DNA of 64,000 bases from the human T2T-CHM13v2.0 reference genome, Homo sapiens. Positions 14,461 to 25,982 of this stretch are shown here, one piece after another. A model generated the notes under the pieces. That model was not told where the DNA came from and did no database searches. It saw only the letters and a program-made list of their open reading frames with translations. The DNA lies in the NCBI RefSeq assembly GCF_009914755.1, contig NC_060928.1; one strand, 5' to 3'. The position numbers were made by a program, and so were the translations under genes. Numbering within the stretch: the first letter of the stretch is position 1; each line of letters starts with the position of its first letter.

Positions 14461-17400
14461 ATAGGAAACAAAATAAAATTTTACCTAACTGGGGTTTTGC
14501 CATGGTAGTGACAGCATGGCACTTTTGCCTATTCTTTTTGTGCAACAATTTATGATATTAAACCCAACATGACCAGGCAAAAGCCCCTTAGTTTGCCGTG
14601 ACCATTAAAACACCTGCGGTCAAATGTATCTTTTGGTCTCTGTGTGTTCTTTTAGAGAATTAAGAGCCTTGGCCTAGAACATTTCTTTTGGATAAATGAT
14701 CATTAAGGGTTAATGACCCAATGTCTTGCTTTAGGCCAAAAAATATTCCTAATCGGTCATTAGTCTCCCCCTCCATGTCCTGAAACTCCGTAATAATTGC
14801 TTAATTTAAGCACAGTCTACTATGCACACAGAACACTCCCTATCTCTGTTTTTTAAACATAATGAGCACAGATTTCAGTGAGTTTAATCAGTTGTTTACA
14901 TATGTTGTTTACATATGAGTTGGTTCTTGGCAATAACATAAGTTATGTCTTTCATTTTTATAAAAATTTAAGCATGGTGTCCTAAGAGGTCAGATCATAT
15001 TGGTTATTTCCTCAAAGGATCAACATTTTATATCTATATATTTTTACGTTTAAATATTTTATTTTAAATTGAATATTTTAAAAATTACAAACAGATTAAA
15101 ATTTTATGTAATAATCTGCTATGTTACTCTCTTGTCACCTTTTCTCTCAGCACAAAATTTGATCTGTTTCTTAAAATATACAATAGTAATTATGTAGTGA
15201 TGGTGTGACTCATACTTCTTTGGGCAATTTGATACCATAAAATTTAAGAAATATCTTGAATCTCTTAAATTAGTAATGGTAAAATATATCATGGATTTTT
15301 CCAAAGATTTGCTTTACAAATATTTACTGCAGCACAAAACTTTGTTATATTTCTTCAGTCTGCTTGATAATCCCCTGATTAGACCATCTCATGCTTGGAG
15401 GAGCCAAAGAAAAATTGTAGAGCTTGCCAAAGACAAGTATACTGTGTATTGCTTTTAAAATTCTATTTTTTTCAATAGCTTGTATTTTTTTCCTGATAAA
15501 ATAAATGATTTGGACTAACAAGCCACTCATTGATCTTTGACCTTTTCAACCACATCAAAGCTTCTTAAAAGCCAATTAGTGGAAGTACAGAGAAAAGGTC
15601 ATTTTATTATAGCACTCAACACTGGAACCACAATATTGTACATAGATTTAAATTATCCCATGGCTTTCATTAGAAAAATAGAAAGATAAATTCTACAATC
15701 CTAAAGCAGGTTGATATTTGCTTGTACAAATGATTTTACTTTTCCTTCAGGCTGAATACAGTAATTTTCTTAGCACAGCCAACACACACAGTCACTGGTA
15801 AATGCTCTCTTGATTATCTCTTTTGATGTAGGACAGGGACAACACTGATAAATGATGTCTATTGATAATCCCCAAGCCTCATTTTAGACACTGCCTTTAA
15901 TTGCTTTCTGAAAACAGCTTTTTGTCAGACTATTTCAGAAGAAGTAATACATAAAAGATTAAACATTTACTTTTATTCTCGTTCCCCCTTTTCTTCTCCA
16001 ATAGTGTTTATTATAAGCAGGATAACAGAGGAAAGGAAGAAAATCAAAGACTTGGAGGAACACAGAATTGAATCTACACCCTTGGAAATTAAAGCAATTA
16101 TTTTATTAAAATAATTATTTAATATGTTTGTAATTAAATTTCTAAAATTCAGGTATTTCAAGGATCACGTGTTAATTTTTCTGATTTGATTTGAGGCTTC
16201 GCAATTTGCAAGGCCCTGGGCTAAGTAAACTCTGGAATATACAATAAAAGAATAGACATGGTTAATGTCATTAGAAAATTATAGTCAGCAGAAGATGTTA
16301 CAAATCTTCTGGAGTTGTGCTGGAGTATGATGTCTTTCTGACAGTTTAATAAGAAATAGTAGAAATCATTTTGATTTTTGTAGCAGGTGTCTTCCTGTGG
16401 TTAGAAAAGCAATTCACCTCAGTTGAAAAATGAGAGTATTGGATTTTTCTCTGAGCAATCATTTTTGTATATGTGGCAAAAAAATAAACAAGTATACCCC
16501 AAATACCCTATAAAACCCTAGAACAAAAATCTAAATATATTTTAAAATGAAGCATAATGCTATAATCTAAAAAATATATGGAACTGGTAGAATAAAGTCA
16601 CTTGTAACATACAAGATCAGGTATTGAAAAATTGTATTGGACTTTGATATTTTGAGCAGGAATTTCCAGTCCTTTCCTGAATGCTTTTTCTTTAAAGTAG
16701 AAGCAAACCACGTTCATCAAAACCAGATGCTAATGTTTCTCTGTTCAGTTTCAGTTATCAATATCAAGTTTGAAAGATCAAAACATTTTTGTAAAAAATT
16801 GACTATGCTTATGATCAACTCACATTCACCAGGATGACATAAGATAAGGTCCATAAGTACCTTTGAAATGAATAAAACAAGATCATTTAGACCACATTTT
16901 TCTCTTGAATTTTTCTAAGCAAAAATTACTTTTTCAAGAAGTTTTACATATATGTGCATCATACAAACTTCCTGATTTAGTCCCTTTGAAGAGCTACTGA
17001 CACTGCATGGATCAGCCCTTTAAACTCTGGTTGGCTCTGTTGACCACAGCATGTCCATATGATGGAGATGTGCAGTCAGCAGTCAAGAGCACCAATTGCC
17101 ATTCCCACAGTGCTGACTGGATGGGGCAGAGCAAAAGTTGCAGCCCCCAGTTAGGGCCAATGTGTTGGTAGCAATGGAACCATATTGTATCCTTATAACC
17201 TTACAAGAATAATAATGTCCTAGAGTTCCTTTGATGCCCTTCTCCTGAGCATCCAAAAATTCTAACTGTGTACCATGTTCTCCAGCTATATTGAACACTC
17301 CACATAAAAATCTTCTTTATTCTCTTAAAGTATCATACCAATGGCAATAATATCTTATACAAATTTTATAGTGTTTATAATGCATTTATAGACTTGATTT

Positions 17401-17639
17401 AAGGCTTTTAAACTTTACTGCAACTATAGAACTTAAAAGAACAAGTAATTAAATTGAAAAAACAAAACTCAACTCCATGAATTCAGATATGGCATAGAGT
17501 TTATCAAAAATACCAACTAGAGGTTAATATTCTAGTGTAACATATGAAAGCAGATAGCATAATTATATGATACATTTACATTAAATGTGAGCATCTACAT
17601 TAAATGATTGAAACAATATCTAGAATTTTAATTTTAAAG

Positions 17640-17836
17640 ATAATTAAGTGCTATGTCAGGCATTAAATGTGTGGTGATTAACAAAACAATCAGAAGCTTT
17701 GCCCTCATAGAGCTTATACGACATAGGCTCATGGTACATACAGCTTATAGACATACATTAAACAAACACATAAGTAAATGAACATATAAACAAACAAACA
17801 AAATGATGATATGTGAAATAAAATGAACATGACACA
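17640..17836 (-). mobile_element. L2 3' part, host of the nested LTR stack (continues at 21478-22390)
   Basis: CTATGTCAGGCA...TGCCCTCATAGAGCTTATA is an antisense L2 motif. Confidence 0.6.
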
Positions 17837-20087
17837 TGTATTAGTTCATTCTCACACTGCTATGAAGACATACTCAAGGCTGGGTAATTTATAAAGGAAA
17901 GAGGTATAATTGATTCACAGTTCAGCATGGCTGGGGAAGCCCCAGGAAACTTACAATAATGGCAGAAGGGGAAGCAAATCTTTCCTTCTTCACATGGCAG
18001 CAGAAAGGAGAAGAATGAGAACTGAGTGAAGGGGGTAGTCCGTTATAAAACCATCAGATCTCATGAGAACTTCCTCACTATTACAAGAATAGCATGGGGG
18101 AAACCACCCCCACAATTCAAATCCTCCATGTGAGGATTATAGGAACTACAATTCAAAATGAGATTTGGGTGGGGGCACAGACAAACCATATACTTCCACC
18201 CCTGGCCCCTCCCAAATCTCATGTTCTCACATTTCAAAACACAATCATGCCTTTCCAACAGTCCTCCAAAGTCTCAACTCACTCCAGCATTAACCCAAAA
18301 GCCAAAGTCCAAGGTTTCATCTGAGACAAAACAAGTCACTTCCACCTAAGTGCCTGCAAAATCAAAAGCAAATTAGTTACTTCCTAGATACAATGGCAGC
18401 GGGGGTGTGTGGTGGGGGGGTGTACAGGCATTGGGAAATATGCCTATTCCAAATGGGAGAAATTGGACAAAACAAAGGGGACACAGGCCTCATGCAAGTC
18501 TGAAATTCAATAGGGCAGTCATTAACCCTTAAAGTTCCAAAAGATCTCCTTTGACTCCATGTCTTAATCCAGGTCAGGCTGATGCAAGAGGTGGGCTTCC
18601 ATGACCTTGGGCAGCTCCACTCCTGTGGCTTTCCAGGATACAGCCCCCACCCAGCTGCTTTTATGGGCTAGCATTGAGTGTCTGCAGCTTTTCCAGGTTC
18701 ATGATGCAAGCTGTCAGTGGATCTACCATTCTGGGGTGTGGAGGATGGTGGCCCTCTTCTCACAGCTCCACTAGGCAGTGCCCCAGTGGGGACTCTGTTT
18801 GGGGGCTCCAATCCCACATTTCCCTTCCACACTTCCCTAGCAGAGGTTCTCCATGAGGGCTCTGCCCCATCAGCAGACTTCTGCCTGGACATCCAGGCAT
18901 TTCCATACATCCTCTGAAATCTAGGCAGAGATTCCCAAACCTCAATTCTTGTCTTCTACGCACTCATAAGTCCAACACCACACGGAAGCTGCCAAGGTTT
19001 AGGGCTTGCACCCTCTAAAGCAACAGCCTGAGCTGTATGTTGGCCCCTTTTGGCCATGGCTGGAACTACTAGAACATAGAGCATCAAGTCCTGAGGCTGC
19101 ACATAGCAGAGGGACCCTGGGCCTGGCCCATGAAACCATTTATCCCCTCTAGGCCTCTGGACTGTGATGGGAGGGGCTGCTGCAAAGGTTTCTGACATCC
19201 CTGAAAGCATTTTCCTCATTGTCTTGGCAATTAGCATTTGACACCTTGTTACTTATGCAAATTTCTGCAGCTGGCTTGAATTCTTTCCTAAAAAATGGGT
19301 TTTTCTTTTCTATAGCATCATCAGGCTGCAAACTTTCCAAACTTTTATCCTCTGCTCTTCCACTTGAACACTTTGCCACTTAGAAATTTCTTCTGTCAGA
19401 TACTCTAAATCATGTCTCTCAAACTCAAAAGTCCACAGATCTCTAGGGCAGGGGCAAAATGCCATCAGTCTCTTTACTAAAGCATAGCAAGAATCACCTT
19501 TATTCCAGTTCCCAACAAGTTCCTCATCTCCATCTGTGACCACCTCAGCCTGAACTTCATTATACATATAACTATCAGCATTTTTGTCAAAGGCATTCAA
19601 CAAGTCTCTAGGAATTTCCAAGCTTTCCCACATCTTTCTGTCTTTTGGGCCCCCCTACCTATTCAAACCTCTGCCTGTTACCCAATTCCAAAGTCACTTC
19701 CACATATTGGGGTATCTTTACAGCAGCACCCCTTCTCTGTGGTACAAATTACCTGAAACTAGGTAATTTATAAAGGAAGAGGTTTAATTGACTCAGTTCA
19801 GCATGGCTTGGGAGGCCTCAGGAAACTTACAATTGTGGCAGAAGGGGATGTAAACATCTCCTTCTTCCCATGGTAGCAGGAAGAAGAATGACAACCAAGT
19901 GAAGGGGAACATCCCTTATAAAACCATCAGATCCCATGAGAACGTACTCACTATCATGAGAATAGCATGGGGGAAACTGCCCCCATGATTCAATTACCTC
20001 CCACCAGATTCCTTCCATGACACGTGGGGATTATGGGAACTACAATTCAAGATGAGATTTGGGTGGGGACACAGCAAAATCCTATCA
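17837..20087 (-). mobile_element. Complete THE1-type MaLR provirus (THE1C-like): 3' LTR ~17837-18192, internal region ~18193-19750, 5' LTR ~19751-20087
   Basis: Two same-orientation THE1 LTRs (TGTATTAG...GAGATTTGGGTGGGG..CAG..AA.C.TATCA on the + strand) flank ~1.55 kb of MaLR internal sequence; 5-bp TSD ACACA at 17832-17836 and 20088-20092. Confidence 0.93.
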
Positions 20088-20176
20088 ACACAGTAGGACT
20101 TATTTAGATATGTTGGTCATATATAGTGTGGTTAATTTTATGTGTCAACTTGACTGGGCCACAGGGTGCCCAGATA

Positions 20177-20575
20177 CTGTCGTGTGTCACTTAATGACAG
20201 GAATATGTTCTGAGAAATGCATCATTAGGTAATTTCATTCCTGTTCAATAATCATAGAGCATACATACACAAATCTATATGGTATAACCTACTATACACC
20301 TAGGCTACATTGTACAGACTATTGGTCCCAGGCTACAAACCTGTACAGTATGTTACTGTACTGAATACTGTAGGCATTTGTAGCATAATGGTAATAATTT
20401 CTGTATCTAAAACATCTAAACATAGAAAAAATAATAGGTTGGGCTATGATGTTATGGCAGCTACAATGTCACTAGGCAATAGGAATTTTTCAGCTTCATT
20501 ATAATCTTACGGGACCACTGCCATCATATGTGCAGTCCACCATTAACCAAAATGTAGTTATGTGGTACATGACTA
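20177..20575 (+). mobile_element. Tigger3-family non-autonomous DNA transposon
   Basis: Degenerate TIRs CTGTCGTGTGTCACTTAATGAC / GTAGTTATGTGGTACATGACTA; internal CCAGGCTACAAACCTGTACAG; TA duplicated inside the MLT2 sequence CAGATA|TTTGGTC. Confidence 0.9.
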
Positions 20576-20961
20576 TATTTGGTCAAACATTGGTGTGTCT
20601 GTGAGGGTGCTTGTGGATGAGATTAACATCTGAATAACTCAATAGATAAAGCTGATTGCCCTCCCTAATGGGGGTGGGCATCATCCCATCAACTGAAGGC
20701 CAAAAGTCTAAGTAACTGGAAACTCCTACTGCTTATCTGCCTTCAAGCTGAGACCTTGTGTTCCCACCTCCCCATCCCCCCACTTTTGGACACAAACTGA
20801 AAATATCATCTTTTCCCAGGTCTTCTCAACCTTAAGAACATTCTGACTGGAATGACACTATTGACTCTCCTGGGTTTCCAGCTTGCTGACTGCAGATCTT
20901 GAGACTTGTCAGCTTCCATAATTGCACAAGCCAATTCCCTAAAATGTGAGTGTGTGTGTAA

Positions 20962-21394
20962 CGGCTTAGTACATTCATGCTGCTATAACAAAATACCTGA
21001 CACTGGGTAATTTGTAAATAATAAAGGTTTACTTCTCACAGTTTTAGAGGCTGGAAGTCCAACGTCAAGGTGCTGGAAGGGCCTGGTCTCTGCTTCCAAA
21101 ATGGCACCTTGAATGCTGCATTTTTCAAAGGAGACAAATGCTGCATTTTTCAAAGGAGACATCACATGGTGGAAGGTAGAAGGCCAAAAATGACCTACCT
21201 AGTCCCCTCTAGCCCTTTTATAAGGCATGAATCCCATCCATGAGGGCAGAGCCCTTATGGTCTACATCCAAAAGGCCCTACCTTTTAATATATTGGAGAT
21301 TAAGTTTGAACTTAATACATTGGAGATTAAGTTGCATTGGAGATTAAGTTTGAACATGAATTTTGGAGGGGACACCATCATTCAAATCATAGCC
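20962..21394 (-). mobile_element. MST-type MaLR solo LTR (MSTC/D-like) with internal tandem duplications
   Basis: CTTAGT...GCTGCTATAACAAAATACCTG...GGTCTCTGCTTCCAAAATGGCACC...ATTCAAATCATAGC; perfect 25-bp tandem duplication at 21112-21161 and three copies of ATTGGAGATTAAGTT at 21292-21350. Confidence 0.88.
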
Positions 21395-21477
21395 TATAGC
21401 TATAGATATAGCTGCAGATATAGATAGACATACACAGCCTCTTGGTTCTGTTTCTCTGGAGAACCCTAACTAATACA

Positions 21478-22390
21478 AATGGTATCTCAGGAAGTCTCAC
21501 TTAATCTGAAACATGGAGGATAAATATAAATTAAAAAAATTAAGAAAAGTGCAAAGCATTTGCAAAATTTCTGAATTGAAAATAGTCCTAAGTGGTTAAA
21601 ATTTAGTGCAAAAACCATGTTATGAATGTTACTTTATAGCTTCAGTGCAATTATTAAAGTTTTTTAAGTGAGGTAATAATTTATGTCTATATTTGGTATT
21701 TTAAAAATATATGTACATTTTACTTGAATTTATATTTTAAAAAATAGGTAACTATGATTAGTGATTGGAGAACAGGTTAAAGGTGTTGGGTGGGTTGAAA
21801 GTGAGATAAGACAGGAAGAGGGGTAGAAGTAGGGATGGCGAGGAGTACACAAAATCTAGACAGGATTTGGAGGTAAAATCAGCAGAACTCACTTATGGCT
21901 GAGGACAATGAGAATAAAGAGGCAGTGTGAAGGATAATTCCTATGTTTGTGGCTTGGGAAGTAGGGTTGAAACAACTGGATGAAGAGCAGAAGTGTAGAG
22001 TAATAACAGTGGTGAAATTTGGGGCATATTTATTTTTAAATGTAGCAATTCAAATGGTGATTTCCAAAATAATTATATATAAGGATTTGAAACTCAAAAG
22101 AGAGGTCTTAGGATATTTCTTTGGGAACCATAGGCTTATAAATGGTATTCATTTGCATGGCAATGGCTGAGATCACCTATGGAACAAACATAGACACAGG
22201 AGAAAAGAACACCTAGGACTGAGCTCTAGGTAAAAAATTTGAAGTTTGAAAAGATAATAGGGTCACAAAAAATACTGAGAAATGATCAAAAGACAACATC
22301 AGGAGAGTGTCACGCCATATAAGTCAAAGAAGAGGTGTAAAGATTGGAGGAGGCAAGAATGTTAAATAAAGTTATAAGAAATGATAAAAG
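21478..22390 (-). mobile_element. L2 body fragment
   Basis: Purine-rich antisense L2 motifs TTTGGAGGTAAAATCAGCAGAACT, GAGATCACCT and AGGACTGAGCTCTAGG. Confidence 0.65.
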
Positions 22391-22759
22391 GAGAACATTT
22401 AAATTTGACAGAATAGACATAATTGGGGAAGGGAAAAAACCATATTACAAAAGGATTATCATATCTAGTAGAGTAATTTAGTACACTAATAAATAATCTT
22501 CTCAAGAGCAATAGGATTATGTCACAACCATCAAAGTAACAGATTCAAAGAAAGTCCGAAAACAGAAGAGAAGAATTCTATACATAATTTCGGAGATTGG
22601 CAACTTTTCTAAAATGATATGTCAACTCCATATGGATCATTTCACTGTGAGCATTATTGTGTCAGAAATATATTTTAATTTGTAATTTTTTGTATAGTTT
22701 TTACTACATGCAAAGAAAAAATTTGCCAAATTCCTAAAAAGTTTCACTGAAAATCTTAT

Positions 22760-24937
22760 TAAAATAAATCCCTGATTATGTTAGTGTAATTAGGCCTGGA
22801 GTTATCTCCCTGCCATATACAGCTAGAAAACTGGAATAAATATAAAAAATAATAGTTCACAGACATTGAGACAAGAGGAGATATAGGAGATATAGTACTG
22901 TAACCCTGAGACAAAGAAAACAGATAAGGCATGCCTTATGCTTCTGGCTCCCTTCGTAGAGACACTTTTTATCATGTTGTAAAGAGAGAGATCTCAAGAG
23001 AGCGTGGGTGTATCACTGATTTGAAGAGACAAAGATGGGAGTTTAAGGAGCCTGAGGCAACTGGAATTTGAGATGGAGAATATTGCAAAGGAGGGAGAAA
23101 TCCATGGAAGGGATCAAGAACTCTTCTTAGGGGCCCCTTGAAGGCTTTGGCTGAATAGTAAGCCATACATACAGAGTGTACAACTCAGTCAGTATGAGCA
23201 AAGACTTACATTTAGTAATTACATTAAATGTAAATGGTCTAAACACTCCAAATGAAAGTAAAGTTAATAGTTCCCAGACCAGAAGACATTCACGTACAAA
23301 TAGAAATAGTGAAGAGTCTTTTTTTTTTTTAACAGATGAGAAATTCAGTAGACATACCATAAATAGCATGCTTAGGTAAGAAACCTAAACTAGTTTAGAT
23401 TATCCCTAAATAAGTTTAAAAACATTACTTGAAAAGATTAAGATGACCTGCAACTAAATAAAATGACTGCTAAAACAAAATCCAAACCTCTTTAAAAGAA
23501 GACAACAAATCCATATTCTTATCAATACAACATTGAAAATGTTTAGAATACAATAAAAAGCTTCTAAACATGTGAGGGATAAAAATAAAAAACAAAAAAT
23601 ATGACCCACATTCAGCAGAACAATCAGTCATAATAAACAGATTCAGAAATAATAGAGATAAGGGAGTTAGTAAAGACCTTTAAAATAGAATATCTGAAAT
23701 AAAAATGTAAATGCAGTGAACTAATAGCAGATTAGACATTTAGAAGAAAATCAGTGAACTTGAACACATAGCAATAGAAGCTACTTAAACTAAAGCAAAA
23801 ACTAAAACACTGAAGTAAAATTAACAGAGCCTCAGTAATCTGTGAGACAATGTCAGGTAGTTCAATATCCATGTAATGGTAACCTTGGAAAATGGAGCAA
23901 AGGAGAAAAAAAGAAAATTTATTTGAATAAAGAGTGGCTGAGGAATTTCTAAGTACAATTTTAAAATACCATAAACTCACAGTTCTAAAAAGCTCAATAA
24001 ACCATACAGAAGATATGCACTTATAAAAAATAAAGCTACATCTATGCACATCATATCAAATCACTTGAAGCAAGTGATAAAGAGAAAAGCAATAATGAGA
24101 AAACAACTACATCATCTAAAAAGGAACAACAGACATCTGAATTATGCAATCCAGAAGATCTTTAAAGTGCTTAAGAACAAAACAAACCAACCAACCTGTC
24201 GTTCTTCAAGTAATCTAAAATGCAAGCAAAATTAGGCAAACAAAAGCTATAAAACTTTGTTGCCAGCAGACCTACTCTATAAGTAATGTTGAAGGCAGTA
24301 TTTCAGGTAAAAGGAAAATGATAACTGGAGGAAATTTGGGTCTACACCAAATAATGAAAACAGACAGAAATGATAAATGTGTGATCAAATGTTAAAGAAT
24401 TTTGAATGTTTCCTAAATTTCTTTAGTTTATAATTGATGTCAAATACAAAAATAATGGCAGTATTTATGGTGTTTATAACATGGAAAATAAAATGTATGA
24501 CTAACATAAAACAAAGCTCATGAGAGGAAATGGAAGTATACTGTTCAAGGATTTTATCTTACATATAAGTGGTTACCTTACTTATATGTTAAGTGATATA
24601 ATATTATTGGAAGGTAAAATGTGAGAAGTTAAAAATGCATATTCTAAACTCCAAAACAAGTACTTAAAAATTAAACCAAAAATAAAAAAAAACAGCTCAG
24701 AAGCCAAGAATAAAAATGATGTTATTACTAAAAAATGTGTAATTCCCAAATAGAAGGCAGAAAATGAGAAAGAAATAAAGAATAGCTGCATGAATAAAAA
24801 AGAAATAGCAAGATTATAGATTTAAATTAAACCCTATTGATAATAACATTAAATGCAAATGGTCTAAACACTCCAAATGAAAGGCAGAGATTATCAGGCT
24901 GAATTTTTTTAAAGCAAGGCATAACTGCATTCTGTCT
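22760..24937 (+). mobile_element. Old LINE-1 (L1M-type) 5' UTR/ORF1 relic and start of ORF2
   Basis: A-rich degenerate ORF1 motifs (AAATCAGTGAACTTGAA, CAGAGCCTCAGTAATCTGTGAGACAA, TTGTTGCCAGCAGACCT) and the ORF2 start motif ACATTAAATGCAAATGGTCTAAACACTCC. Confidence 0.8.
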
Positions 24938-25399
24938 AGAAAAAGCTGGGCTGGAGCCAAGATGGCCGAATACGAACAGCTCCAGTCTACAGCTCCCAGC
25001 GTGAGCGACACAGATGATGGGTGATTTCTGCATTTCTGTCTGAGGTACTGGGTTCATCTCACTAGGGAGTGCCAGACTGTGGGCACAGGACAGTGTGTGC
25101 AGTGCACCGTGCACCAGCTGAAGCAGGGCGAGGCATTGCCTCACTCGGGAAGCGCAAGGGATTAGGGAGTTCCCTTTCCTAGTCAAAGAAAGGGGTGACA
25201 GACGGCACCTGGAAAATCGGGTCACTCCCACCCCAATACTGCACTTTTCCGAGGGGCTTAAAAAACGGCGCACCAGGAGATTATATCCCACACCTGGCTC
25301 GGAGGGTCCTACGTCCACGGAGTCCCACTGATTGCTAGCACAGCAGTCTGAGATCAAACTGCAAGGCTGCAGCGAGGCTAGGGGAGGGGAGCCCGCCAT
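24827..25399 (-). CDS. L1 ORF0-homologous antisense ORF, 190 aa, reading through the L1 5' end into flanking DNA
   Basis: MAGSPPLASLQPCSLISDCCASNQWDSVDVGPSEPGVGY... matches primate L1 ORF0; there is no stop until 24827; translation is unproven. Confidence 0.45.
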   Translation of the reverse strand: MAGSPPLASLQPCSLISDCCASNQWDSVDVGPSEPGVGYNLLVRRFLSPSEKCSIGVGVTRFSRCRLSPLSLTRKGNSLIPCASRVRQCLALLQLVHGALHTLSCAHSLALPSEMNPVPQTEMQKSPIICVAHAGSCRLELFVFGHLGSSPAFSRQNAVMPCFKKIQPDNLCLSFGVFRPFAFNVIINRV

Positions 25400-25982
25400 T
25401 GGCCAGGCTTGCTTAGGTAAACAAAGCAGGTGGGAAGCTCGAACGGGGTGGAGCCCACCACAGCTCAAGGAGGCCTGCCTGCCTCTGTAGGCTCCACCTC
25501 TGGGGGCAGGGCACAGACAAACAAAAAGACAGCAGTAACCTCTGCAGACTTAAATGTCCCTGTCTGACAGCTTTGAAGAGAGCAGTGGTTCTCCCAGTAC
25601 GCAGCTGGAGATCTGAGAACAGGCAGACTGCCTCCACAAGTGGGTCCCTGACCCCTGACCCCCAAGCAGCCTAACTGGGAGGCACCCCCCAGTAGGGGCA
25701 GACTGACACCTCACATGGCTGGGTACTCCTCTGAGACAAAACTTCCAGAGGAACGATCAGACAGCAGCATTTGCAGTTCACGAAAATCCGCTGTTCTGCA
25801 GCCACCGCTGCTGGTACCCAGGCAAACAGGGTCTGGAGTGGACCTCTAGCAAACTCCAACAGACCTGCGGCTGAGGGTCCTGTCTGTTAGAAGGAAAACT
25901 AACAAACAGCAAGGACATCCACACCAAAAACCCATCTGTACATCACCATCATCAAAGACCAAAAGTAGATAAAACCACAAAG
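24947..25982 (+). promoter_or_regulatory. L1 5' UTR with internal sense and antisense promoters
   Basis: Intact-length, relatively CpG-rich L1PA 5' UTR with the YY1 motif AAGATGGCCG; promoter activity is family knowledge and is not shown for this copy. Confidence 0.75.

Larger units (their letters stand above)
20125..21477 (+). mobile_element. MLT2-type ERVL solo LTR interrupted by two insertions
   Basis: Starts GGTTAATTTTATGTGTCAACTTGACTGGGCC and ends GGTTCTGTTTCTCTGGAGAACCCTAACTAATACA; pieces at ~20125-20176, 20576-20960 and 21395-21477. Confidence 0.88.

Noticed and set aside
18396-18423. G-rich insertion in the THE1 internal region as a G-quadruplex
   Set aside because: Only two long G runs are present; it is likely simple slippage.
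18061-20018. Cluster of overlapping ORFs
   Set aside because: They lie in the decayed THE1 LTR and internal region; there is no intact gene.
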